From: Klebsormidium nitens
Taxonomy: Eukaryota; Plantae; Klebsormidiophyceae
Reading direction: 5' to 3'
DNA length: 64,000 nt
Assembly: GCA_000708835.1 (NCBI GenBank)
Contig: DF237278.1
Span: 37,894 to 101,893 of the forward strand
Below, piece by piece: positions 35,801-47,887 of the stretch. Position 1 is the stretch's first letter. The number at the start of each line of letters is the position of its first letter. The translations under genes were made by a program, and so were the position numbers. The notes under the pieces were generated by a model that saw nothing but the letters and a program-made list of their open reading frames with translations, searched no databases and was not told where the DNA came from.

Positions 35801-38800
35801 TGCAGTGGACTTCTTAACCTGGTCGGCATCTGGGCATCAAGATGCATATTGTTGGACAGGAACGTCTGCTTTGATCTGATCGCTGCGATCACACTGATCC
35901 ATCTATGAACCTCGTCTGCAGACCCCGCGCAAAGCTTTTCAAGATCCATGCCGTTTCCCCGAATCTTTATGCCCTCTGTTTCATCCGCTTTTTGGGGGAG
36001 CGGAGGGGCACACTCCCCAAAGGTCTGGAAAGCTTTCGGAACAGTCTTCTCTCTGCAATCTGCTTAATGTTCGTGCGGACTCCTGCTCAGGCACGTGCTC
36101 GATCTCCGGGGAGGCGAGTACGTCGCCCATTGCGAATACAAAGAGTGCCGCCCAAAGCCTTTGGATTGACCATTCTGTATGAAGAATGGTTTTAGGGTTC
36201 GACCAGAGGAAGCCATTCAAACCGAGAAGAGTTTTTGTTTGCAAACTCCTGCGCTTCACAAACGGAAAAGTGGTCGTGCGCAATCCTCCTCAGGCACGTG
36301 CTCGATCTCCGGAGAGGCGAGTACGTTATCTTGGTGGAAGGCGCCGGGGAGGGTCATCTGGTTAAAGTAAAGATGACGACCAACTGGGGGGGGGTGCTCC
36401 TCGCGGGGGATCCCTCGGCCGAGGGCTGGCAAAGCACGGGGAACAAACTGGACGACATTTCGGGCTTCTACTCCGAGGACGCAATTCATGCGCTCAGCTT
36501 CGCATGGGCGGACATGGCTCCGGTGGGTTACGCTAACCCTCTGTAACTCCGGTTAGCGTCTGATGGTTCTTTTGCCTTGGTGCTGACTTTGAAGGTGCTT
36601 GAAACTAGAGCCGAAAACCGGTGCTTTGCAGGACGCAACCCGCTGGATCAACCGCGTACTGCTTCTGAAGGATGTCTTTTGGGGCGCCACGCTCATTCCC
36701 ATGCTTGTTTGAAGAGGCGTCGCGCAGCCATCCGGCTTCCCGATTAAAACATGCACAAATGGTTCGACTGGATTGTCAGAGTCCTCGAATCTGGAGTCGG
36801 TGTCTGCAGGACGTCAGTCGCTGGTTCAACCGCGTACTGCTTCTAAAGGATGGCTTTTGGGCACGAGATTCATTTCAACGCAAGAGGCGTTTGGGCGGCC
36901 ACTCCTTCGCTTCCCAATTTGAACACACAGAAAGCGATCAATATCAGACTTCCAACGTGCTCTATTTTGGAATCGGTGTCTGCAGGAGGCCAGCCGCTGG
37001 TTCGACCACGTACTGCTTCTAACCGACGGCTACCTGTGCGCCGAGGACATTCTAGTGCTTTTCTGCAAGAGGTGTTGCAGGGGAATCATTTTCGTTGTTA
37101 AGCAGTATTGCAGAGGCGAATTGATGCTAATTCTTGAAGGTCCTAACATTCTAGAGTTGGTGCTTTGCAGGAGGCCAGCCGCCGGTTCGACGGCGTGCTG
37201 CTTCTTAAGGACGGTTACCTGTGTGCAGAGGACATTTCCACGCTTTCTCGCAAAAGGCGTTGCGTAGAGATCCCGTTTGTTCCTAAGCAAACATGCAGAA
37301 GCAGATTGGTGCCAACTCCCGAAGGTCCTCACATATTGGAATCGGTGCTTTGCAGGACGCCAGCCGCCGGTTCGCCGCGTACTGCTTCTAAACGACGGCT
37401 ACCTGTGGCGCGAAGTTCGGCCTTATGCTTTCATGGACGAGGAGCCGCCAATCCTTCGGTTAACAATCCAAACACGCAGAATTAAGAGTTATGCCTGACA
37501 AGTTTCCAAGGTGCTCAATTTTAGAATCGGTGCTTTGCAGGACGCCAGCCGCCGGTTCGATCGCGTGCTGATTCTAAACGACGGCTACCTGTGCGCGGAG
37601 GACATTCTCATGCTTCTGATGCACGACGCGACCATGGCGACTGCGATCGACACGATCGGGATCCCCGAGGGAGAGCACACGCGGTCGTTCATGGTGTATG
37701 ACACGTGGGTGGGGCGGGACATCGACGGTCAGGAGCAGGAGCGCAAGTTCCCCATCAGCAACATCCTGACGGTTCAAGAATGGTAAGAGATTCGAAAGAG
37801 TCTGCCTGGACGTCTGCCTTGTTTGGTACTGTGGCTCGTTGGCTAAGTCAGTCGGAATCGGTTCAAAAGTGCTTTGTAGTTCAGAACTACCGTTCAAGAT
37901 CCCGTAAGCGTTCGATAGCAAAAGGATGCATATATGCAATGGCGTTCAAACCTTCTCACTCCTAAACTTTTGGATTGTAAAGAGTCCAGACTCGTAATCT
38001 GAACGATTGATCAGGACCCCCCTTCGTCACCTTATGGACGGCAAGACAGTCTCGGTGTCGTGCGCTTGCCACGGCGCTGTAAACATCACGTCCGACGTTT
38101 GAGCTCCCTGTCGCACCGTGCGCATCTTGTTTCTCACTTCAGTTTCTCTCAGACCTGAATGTCTGGACTCATCTTTTCTTGCCATATGCATCCCGTTTCT
38201 CACCTCAGCGCTTTGAAGGAATCCAACCCGTCCATATCGCTTTGTCCCGTCCGAAGCTCAGGTTCATGGACGGGATGCCTGTCTCGATCTTGTGCCTTTG
38301 GCAAGGCGCGGCCGACCTGGACTCGGATCTCTGAAGCTCCGTCCTCACCGTATGCATTCCGCTCTGAAAACCACGTAATTCTCAATCAGATTGAAAGCTG
38401 AGTCGCTCGATTGACTCCGTTCCTTATTGCAGGTTCATCGACGGGAAACCAACCCCGGTGTCGAGCCAACTCCGCCGTACGCATTCCGTTTCGGAACCCA
38501 GTCTCCTTCAATCGGAAGTCAATTACTAGAAGATCCCTTCCTTATTGCAGGTTCATGGACGGGAAGCCAATCCGGGTCTCGTGCGCTTGACAAGGCGCAA
38601 TGAATCCTATCTCTAAAGCCTACCGTATCCGTTCCGTTTCGGAGTCCAGAGTTGAACCCCGACTGAAACCCTAAATCGCTTACTCCTCGTTTTCCTCATC
38701 GCAGGTTCATGGACGGGAAGCCGATCCCGGTCTCGTGCGCGTGCCACGGCACCAGTTATCATATAACCACGTTGTAACCAGCCCATAATCATCCCCGGTT

Positions 38801-41800
38801 AGCAGCCAAAAACATCTTCTGTGCTTATTGCAGGTTCCTGGACGGGAAGCCCATCCCGGTGTCGTGCGCATGCCACGGGGCAGTCAACATCGACGCGGAC
38901 GTCTTCTACAAGAAGCGCATCACGTTCCGCAACCGCGGGTGGGAGGGCGAGTGCGCGGCCTCCGAGTACAGCTTCTTCTGCAAGGACATCTGGAACGCGT
39001 ACGGCGAGCGGGTGCGGATCGTGATGGACCCGCGCGTCGTCGTCGGGATCGACGTCAGCGCGTGGGAGCACGTGACGCTCGCACGTGCGAAGCAGCTGCC
39101 CGCGTACTTCAAGGAGGACCCGTTCGACACCGGGATCCAGCCGAGCCCCTGGAAGCCGCCACCTGTCATCGATCGACGGCTGGTGGAGAACACGCTTGCC
39201 CACCTGCCGTTCCCGTACCCGGTCCCGAAGCACATGATGTGCGTGCCGATCCACCACGACAGCGTGCGGGAGGCCGCGCTGATCGGGAAGTACGAGGAGG
39301 CGATCGAGGGGCTGCCCGCGTACCCGCGGGGGCCGTGGAAGCGGAACGAGAGCTGCCACGTGGGCTCCAGTGAGCGCGCTCGCCGGCTCCTTACTCGTTC
39401 TATTTTTGCTGTATTCTCCGCTTCGCCGTTCTGGTGGATTTCTAAAAGCTCGGTTGGGGACGCTTTGAGGATTCAAGTGAGTGCGCTTTCCCTCCATTCC
39501 GCTTTGCGTTGGTTGACCCTCTTGCCGCTCCGGTAGGGCCCCCAAAGCGATGTTGGAGCTGCGTGGACTCGCCTGAGTTATGCCCATTCGCTATTTCATT
39601 CCCTGCCACTGTTTCCTTCCTGCCGTACTCGTGGGGCGATGGAGGGAAGCGAGAGCTTCCACCCGACTGCAAGGGAATGCCCTTTTTGAGTTGGCGTTTC
39701 GACCAGTTTCGCGCTTCTCATCATGCTGAAGCCTTGAAATCGATGCTAGAGGAGCTAGGCAGGCTCGCGCGCTCGTTTGACGTGCTTCTCTAGTATTTTG
39801 CTTCCCCCTTGTACATTCTCGTTCAAGAACGCCTGCAGTCGGTTTGAACGCACAAGACCGGAAATGACTCACTTCGCTTTCAAGCGTATCCAAATCTTTC
39901 TCGTGAGCAGCAGACTTGAGTAGGCTGTTATCCGCAACTCATGGAGAAGCGTTTCTTGGGTTCGCTCGCCAGAAGGGCCCTCAACAAACGTCGTGTCCGT
40001 TCACTAGTCTACCAACGCAGCAGGTTTGGACTGGAGGGAGAGGCGACCTCGGTAGAATAGCACATCCTACAGAAGCGTTTGAATAATCTATCCAGTACTA
40101 ACGGGGTTGTCGAGTGTTGCCATTTGTGTTTTGGAAGAAAGACGCTTCGTCAACACGCAGAAAATATACACCGCAAAGCGAGACTCTCTTTCTGAACAGC
40201 GCACTGCCGCTGACGAATTGCGGACGGCTGCTGAAGCGCGCAGTGGTTGTCGTGCAGATGCTTACGTCAGCCGTTACACCGAGCCGGGGAGCAGTCTTTT
40301 CTACTACAACAGCGCAGGTGGGTCGCCCTTCTTCTGTCTGGCTCTGGAGGTGGCCCCCACACGTCCAACTTTATAGTGGCACTTTGGTTGTCTCAGAAAG
40401 ATTCGTCGCTCCCTGACCGTGCACTGTCATCTAGGAATTGGACTGCCTCAGGGTGGCGCTACGTCACAACCAAAACTTCGATCTTGAGTCTCAATAAGTC
40501 GCTTTTGATGATGTGGCTGGACGTAAGTTTTACGAGACACTGCCAATCAAAGTAAAGAGCGATTTTTTCCATTGATTTTGCGCCTGTACCGTCGTTTGTT
40601 GAAACGTAGGGTAATTCCGAAAGCATCTCTGAGCACAGGGAAGATCCCAAGTGAAGACTGGCGGCGAAGCTCCAAGATGAGTCCAACGAGGAAGTATTTC
40701 AGGCGCTCTGTCTGTACAACAATGACACCAAGGATTTTCTCATACTCCGTCGAGGGCACCAAGCAAAGCCCACCCGCTTTTATCAGTGAAATAACGCGTC
40801 CTTGTTTTCACGACCCCGAAACTCCACAACCGTTATCTGGCGCTCTCTTATTTTGGCAATTCGAAACTCCACACCCCTTGCCTGGTGCCATTGGATCTCC
40901 TCAAGCCCCTCAACCTCCCTAGGTCGCTACAAACCCGCAACGCTGGAATACAAACCCTTAAATGATATCTCTACCTGGCAAACCAAACCTCAAACTCGTT
41001 AATGCAGGCGCTGCCAAGATCTCCCCGAAGCGCCTCATCATCAGCGGCAGTGAGCGACTCGTATCGCCCAACTTCCAATTTATGTTCCTCATGCAACGCG
41101 ACGGCCAGTGCATCGTTTACCGGTTGAAAGAGCCGTTCCTACCGGTCTGGCGCTGGCCCTGGTGCGACCACCCGGGGATAGCTTACGTCGAGTTCCAGGG
41201 CGACGGGAACCTGGTCGCGTATGATACGAGCCCGCAGGCTATCATCGCGTCCTCCACGACCGCGGGCGAGCGGCGCGCAAAGCACCTCGCGCTGCTGGAC
41301 GACGGCCGGCTCGTGCTGACGTCAGCGACTGGTGACGTCGTGTGGGAGGCGGAGCAGACGTTCCTGGCGGAGTCGGCGGGTGAGCGGCTTCGTTTGCTCC
41401 GTTTGGACGTCCGACTCGGCTTATATAAACTCCCCTCTGTAGGACGTCCTTTTAGCGGATCGGCGCGTTTGCTTCCGTTTGGACGTCCGCTCCTCTTTCC
41501 TTTTCTTTGACCTTTCGGGTGGGCTCATCAGCCTTAGTTCCGACACAATTCCGTTCCCACAAGCAATCTTTTCCTCGGTCTGTGCATTCCTTCTCCTTCT
41601 AGACGCCCTTTTGCTCCGTTCCCACGTCACGTCGTCATAATGGCGTCCCTTCGCTGGATTTCGCTGTCCATGTACTCGTCCCGCCTTCCTAGTTTCTCTT
41701 GCCTTTGTCACTCATTCTTCGCTGCCTGCTTTCGTGTGGCTCTAGTCGGGCGTCTGTATGCTTACGTCACTCGTCCTTCTGCTGCATTGGCCGCACATCC

Positions 41801-42684
41801 TCGCCCCCCCGCTTTTTGTTGTTTTGGTCATCGATTAGGCGCCCAATTTGCAGATACCCTCGAATCCGTTTGCTTTAGTCAGCCTTTGGACCTGTTAATA
41901 GCTGCGTCGGGCGTCTGGTCCTAGCCGCGCTTGACCACTCAATCTTGTCTCTGCAGCTTGCTTAACACTAGTCTGTAAGGGAGGTTGCACTTTACTTGCG
42001 AAGCTGAATAATACATGCATATTCTTTCTGAAGGGGATGAAGCCTCTTGTCAACGTGTGTGGTCTGACCACAATCTGCGTAATCTCTTGGATCAGTCAGG
42101 CTTTCAGAACTCAGCATTATTAAAAAAAACGTCTGAAACCCAAGTCAAAGTCGGCATGTAATCGTAGCCCACTCCCAGGCTTTCCCGTCGCCTGATTGAC
42201 TGCGCTTCTCTTTACAGCTTGGTTCACAAAGCGATCCGGCTACCAGATATTCGTTCCCATCACGCTGACCGGCATCGACGCCGAGTTCGAGGGCGCGACG
42301 GCGGTCGGCGAACTGTGCCAGGCCCTCTCGGGCCGCGTTTTCTTCTCCCTAGTTTTCCTCGGCGTAGGCGAAATGCCGGCTATCGAAGCCGCCCTCCACG
42401 GGATCCTCCTAGAATACATGTGCTCGTTTACGAGTAGCGGCGTCGCGTCGTCCGGGGACCAAGCGCGCGAGTTGCACGTGGCCACGTACAAAGAGTGGAG
42501 CACGGGGCGCGCGCACAGCTGTGCGAAGGCGTTCCCGGTACACGATAGTGACACGTGTCTCAGGGACTTCATCGGGGACATCACGAGTAACTTGCATTCG
42601 GCGGAGCGGTGCACGGCCGGCGATGCGCAGGGCGCGACCTTCTTGGAGCCCTCGGCGGTGTGTTGTGACTCGCCGACTTACTAA
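32826..42684 (+). CDS. CAP59/cryptococcal mannosyltransferase-1 (GT69, PF11735)-like glycosyltransferase with a jacalin-like insertion, a bulb-type lectin and an unknown C-terminal domain
   Basis: Exons 32826-33222, 34565-34818, 35449-35621, 36294-36522, 37541-37782, 38834-39369, 40258-40317 (tentative), 41008-41379 and 42218-42684; all phases join. TM segment LGLCVLALSFWILILVVF. GT69 motifs: KRVFLGMNLKNNE, IHISIYESGSHDAT, RIDFLVNARNMALNPL, FDRVLILNDGYLCAEDI, VYDTWVGRDIDG, ECAASEYSFFCKDIW. Linking the two lectin/C-terminal exons to this gene rests on phase compatibility and the absence of a separate start. Confidence 0.85.
35449..36522 (+). other. Jacalin-like (beta-prism I) lectin domain encoded by exons 3-4 of the GT69-like gene
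   Basis: VWEGPHGNFENG..LTSIEVYATSDKIYGLRLSFGG..RMGSPIG|RHVLDLRRGEYVILVEG..LVKVKMTTNWG..LDDISGFYSEDAIHALSFAW follows the jacalin pattern (W-G-x-G, ITSIEV, L..GEY...VEG, L.F.TN, L.GF.G...I.AL.F.W). Confidence 0.65.
41008..41379 (+). other. Bulb-type (GNA/B-lectin) mannose-binding lectin domain
   Basis: LVSPNFQFMFLMQRDGQCIVY..VW..VEFQGDGNLVAYD..HLALLDDGRLVL..VVW: three degenerate QxDxNxVxY subdomains. Confidence 0.8.
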
Positions 42685-44953
42685 TTTATGCCTGTTGTGA
42701 AGACGTGGTTGTCATTGGGAAATCATTGCTTCACACAGCAAGAGTCAGCGGTTGGGAGGCGTCGAGGTCGGCAGTCTGTGCATATAGAGCTTAGTCTTGA
42801 AAGGCCTAGAGTCAGCAAATTCTTTGAGCCAGTGACAGGTGTATGATGAGTTAGTTAAACGGTCGAAGTCCCGCACCCAATGATTATATTCTTGTGGTCA
42901 TTAGCTTCAGTCTAATCTCTTTTCGTCTTTATCGCGGATTTGTGCCATCAAGGCTGCCGTGCAGCTTGATACGTTAGTACATGATAAGTGTAGCACACAA
43001 CCGTACGTCGGGGTTCAGCTGATCGGACCTCTACCATCAATCATTGCCTCCAATGTTGGGGCCATAAGGCAGCCGCGCGCATGCAGACTAAATCCGATGC
43101 TTTTACGGATTCTGTTATCACAGATTTATGCATGATATGTGCGTCGATGTGGCCGGACATGCATGTAAGTTGGCCGTAATGGTATATCTCATATATATGT
43201 CATTATTCAAGCGGTCACTCACGTGCCAGCATGCCAAACAATGAGTCAGCTGTTCGGCATCGTTGGCACCTATCATTTGTGAGTCACTGAGCTAGCGCGA
43301 AGCCGCCTGCAATGATAGCCCGCGCCCGCGCTCAGCACCAAGTGCTAGGTTCAATGTGGGAAGTTTTATAACCTGACGATCCGTGTTTATAATCGACTGT
43401 TGGTTGCCTGTCGAACTTAAAGTGGGCGTAGGACACGCGTGTCCACCCCGATCGGACGGTCAAATCGCGCGCGATGGTGAGATTGCAGATGACATCGAAC
43501 GGCAGAGAAGTCATTTCAGCAGAGAGGGTACGGACCTGTTAAGAACCAGCCAGGATGCGGTACCCACCGAAGTCAGGCCTTCAGACAGGGACCGGATGCT
43601 GTCCGGAGGTCTGGTTACCGAAGTGTACCGCGGTCCCTAGGGGTCTACGTCACCGTACGTCAGCTGCGGAAGGCCGCAAAAAGGAAGAGGCAAAAGCGAG
43701 CAAAAATGTCAAAAGTTGTCGAATCGAACCCAGAACCGCCCGGAACCAAGGATCTCAAGGCGAGCGCGCTTGCCAATCCGGTCAACTTGCAAGAAGTCCC
43801 AAAGCCAGATGTCAAAATTGGTCCCGGAAATACGGTCTTATACCCCGACGCCCACTTTAATATCATGCATAATCATACGACTCGGAGCTTAGCGCGACCG
43901 CGGACCCGCGTTTGCGAATATAGTAGGTCGGACGTCCGGCCGGTCGGTCAATTATCTTTATGCAGTGATGTTGAGTCCCCTCGATCGCGTTGCGAATGAT
44001 TATGAAGATGCCATGCATGATGCAGGCCACCGTAGCTGCCAAAACAAAACTGAGTCTTTACAGCGGTCGAGCCCGCGTCTGGGTTGTAAGTCGGCCATCT
44101 CGGTTGCATGGCCTACTGTTCAAGTGAATTACTTGCCGTCTCACGATCATAAGGTATGCACATCTGCAGCTCAGGTTCAAAGCACTTTGAAACTGTAGCG
44201 CCAGCGCCTAGGTTTGGCCAAAGCTTAAAAAGCATCTTATAGGCCCGGGAAGGGAATCCCAATTCTCCGGTAACAAAGATCGACGCGTCCGATTGGGAAT
44301 CTGGATTCCAAAATAAACTCTCCAAGCAGGCCGCCCAGCACTGGCAGGGAGTGACCGGGAGAGATCGGATCTTGTGGTTCGCGGACTTTGAATAATGTCC
44401 AGTGACCAGCAGAACCGATCCAACCGGGGCCTTAGCAGACTTGGATAGACGGCTGGCTGACAGCTGTGGTGGTGATTGGTACTTTGACTGCGGCGCGAGG
44501 ATGACAGACGGGAATGTACTTGGAGCGCAAAAACACGAGAACTTCGCCTCCAAAGGCAGGAATATATCGACTCGAAACTTCGTGCACAAGCAGAGTAACC
44601 AGGCGCTCCCTAGAGTTAGACGGATGACCTGGTTTACTCATAGCTGCTGGCAGGCACTTCCCCACGCGCGCAACTCTCACTTATGTACAGGGAATTCAGC
44701 TTGGTTTTAGAGTTCACCTCAGAGAGAGGTTCTCTGGTTGCAAAGAATTGCGTTGTTTCTTAGATTACCGTACTCAAAGAATACATGTCAAATGGTCGAT
44801 AGCTATCGCTACCATGTTCTTCTGCGATCTTTAACCTCGGCAGTGGTGGACGTTCAAAGAGCTGACTTCCTATACTGCCTCTCTGGGTTTTCGGGACCCT
44901 AGCTCAGACTGTAAGCGCAGCCGCGACCATTCACACAAAGCTAGGGCCCGGTC

Positions 44954-47887
44954 CTACTGCAGGGTGTGAATCGTCCACGTCATATACGCCCGCGCCACCG
45001 CCTCCCCGACCGGCCCTGCCATCACAAAGCGGCTCGTCACCGGATCGACCGTAGTCCACGAATAGTGGAACTGCTGCAAGTCCGCAAACCGCGGCGCCTC
45101 GACGTCCCAGCTGCTGAACGGCTGGTACGGGCGCGCGGAGATCGCGTCGAGCGCCACGCGGTTCACGTACTGCAGCTTCACGTGCTTGCGCCGGCACTCC
45201 GTCATGAAGGACGGCGCGGTGCGCCACACGAGGCGGCTCGCGGGCGTCAGCAGCGTCTCGCCCCAGTCTAGATACTCGGGCAGGTGCTTGTTGAACGCGG
45301 CCCACGCGTCGGCGCACCACGCGGCGGTCCACGTGCCCGCCTCGAGCGAGATGACGTCAGCGCCGGTCGTGATGGCCGGCAAGGCTGTCGTCACGTTGCG
45401 CCCGGAGAACATGCCCCGGTTGATGCACCCGAACTCGCCGTTCTCGTAAATCCTGTGGAGGAACGTCAGGGACGTCAGGGGTGAGTGGAAGCAGAAATGG
45501 CCGGCCTTCGTGCGATTGTTACAGCAAAACCACGGGTTCGTGCGCGCAGCCAAGTTTTCCGGTGTTTTAAAATTGCAGCAGAGAAAGTGGTGGAGACGAT
45601 AGACGGGTTCGACGAGCTGAGCAAAACCTCAGAACCCGCGTTCGACGGGGCTGACGCCCTGCGCTTAGGGCGTAAGTTTGCAGTGGAGAGAACTGGGAGA
45701 CGATCAGACATCGAGCCTCGAAACAGATGACTGGAGCGGCCAGAGCTAGCTAGCGTAATGGTTCAAAGAAGAAGGGGAAATCGACGCATTGAAAGTTTCT
45801 GGTGAGGGCATATTTTTGGATGCCGGTATAGACAGTTTCTGGTAAGTGCACATCACTGGACGCTGCACAACTTGTGAAGAAAGCTGGAACCAATCGATTC
45901 GGCGCCAGGGATCAGTGGAGGGGCATCAAACTAGTGCAAAGTGTCGGAAGAGGAAATTTTGTCACAAAGATCGCCAGATGCTGGCTTGCGCCTGCTCAAC
46001 GCTCTCGAGTTGCTTTTGCAGTACTCGATCCACAACATGCTTCGTGGCAAGAAGGAAAAAGGGCTGAAAGATGTTCACAACATCTTATTAAGGTCGGATC
46101 TATCGGTCAATCCATCTGGTTGCTGGACCGAACACTTCCCATGCCTCCAGCGTACTGAAAGTTGGAGCGGGAAAGCTTCTTACAAGATCGCCAACAGAAG
46201 GTAGCCAATGGATGTCGAGATCGAATCCAGAAAAAATGATCAGGTGATGCATGAGTACTAGTGTCTCAGCTAAGTGCAGATGCTGGAAGCATTTTGTTTG
46301 CCACCCCTCCTTGAAGACATTAAGTTGGGAGAATTGACAGGCTAATACTTGACTTGATTGCTTGCTCAAATGTTCAGGAAGCTTCGAAAGTGTTGAATCC
46401 GACCGTGACTTGTTCCGATTGAACAAGTTGGAAAGGAGTTTCTGCTAAACTTCATTGCATCGCATAGCAGTCCTGCCGCAGAAATGTCACGAGAGGTGTT
46501 CAGGAATCGGTCGAGAGGCAGCCAGATGATAAGTTACTGAAGTAGTCCAGACGGAATAAGTATTTATCAAAAGAATTGCACAAAGTAGTGTCTTCCCTGG
46601 CTCGCAAGTGGCAAATAAACAACATACATAAGCAGCCTGCAAACTTTGATGACCTAGCTGCGCACAGGAAGCTGCACAAACTGGGGACAGTGAAACAAAA
46701 CGCGCACGGAACCCTCACCCATCTATCCAGTAGAACAGCAGATGCAGCTCCCTCTCTGGGTCCCCCTGATGGATGACCTCGCTCAAATCATGCTTCGGCC
46801 TCTGGAGCTCATCCTCCCGGATCGGCGCCCCCAAAAGAAACTTCAAATGCTGAAACAACGCCCGCTGTTGTGAGTCCCCAATGAAGATCAGCCTCCGGAA
46901 CCCCTTCCGACGCATTAAAACTGCATAGTCCGATGCCAGAACAAGCGGCGGCGCGCACGTGTGGGCTGCCCACTCGTACGCCCCCGCCGCGTCCCTTAAC
47001 CACCGGTAGCCCTGCCCGTAGTTACAGGGGGTTAGCGCCCCTGCGTCTGTGTTCGGGACGATAGTTATTGTCAGGTCAGCCAGGGTTTCGATCTGCCCCA
47101 ACGCGGTGCACCCTGTCTGGATTATCGCCCGGTAGTCTCCTGCGTCCCACAAACGGAAGGTTGCAGTCCACGCTGCCTTCGCACCACTGAAATGCTCGAC
47201 GGAAAGATCAGCCACCCCGCGGGCCGGCCCTACAAAATACACTATCAGCTCCTGCGCCTTTTTTATGGTCGTTTCCCAGTGACTGGCGTTGTTGGATTGG
47301 ATCGAAAAGCTGCACAGAGCGCCAGCAAGGCAAACACACGGCCCCTCAACCACCATCCCCCCTGCCAGGTGATGAAACCGCCCGGCATCGCACACGGAGC
47401 TCGCCAATGACGCGGCGCCACCTGTCAGGCCCCCGGCGGTTTCTTGCATGCCCGCGGTTGTTGTGAAAGCGCTTCCCCCGGGCAAAGTTCCAGATTGCTC
47501 CGTCCCTGTTCCGTTTGCGAGTGGCGCTTCGTCACCTGGCGCCGTGTTGCTATCTCTGACAGCTTCAGCTTCGGCTCTCATTTCTTTCAGGAGCTCCAGT
47601 CGTAGGCTGGCCACGTCGACTGCGGCTTTGCGGAGCTTTGCGATCTCCTCCGCCCGCATATACGCGTCAGTGAGGTTCTCATTGCCGGATGCGCCCCAGT
47701 CGCCCAGCCGCAGGCGGGAGGTCAGCAGCCCCCCCTGAGAACCAAAAACTCCGACCCATCCTCCAATACTGGCGTCAAGAGGCGCAGACTCGCGCCAACA
47801 AGCGGACACCAAACACCCAACCACGACACCCACAAGAAAGGTGCCCGGGTTTGTCGAGGGCAGTAAATGCTTGCCCGGCATAACCAT
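44954..47887 (-). CDS. NXPE/PC-esterase (SGNH/GDSL-like) family protein, putative polysaccharide O-acyltransferase or esterase
   Basis: Two exons, 47887-46719 and 45452-44954, joined by a phase-2 intron (FYWIDG|IYENG). N-terminal hydrophobic anchor FLVGVVVGCLVSACW, an Ig/filamin-like segment (TATFRLWDAGDYRAII), SGNH motif LIFIGDSQQRALF, LVWRTAP, and a C-terminal D/H motif (DLQQFHY). Confidence 0.75.

Noticed and set aside
36560-38830. CRISPR-like array (regularly spaced repeats)
   Set aside because: The repeats are long, divergent copies of eukaryotic splice junctions within introns. There are no cas genes and no unique spacers.
38799-39587. 262-aa antisense ORF
   Set aside because: Antisense shadow of the GC3-rich GT69 exon 6.
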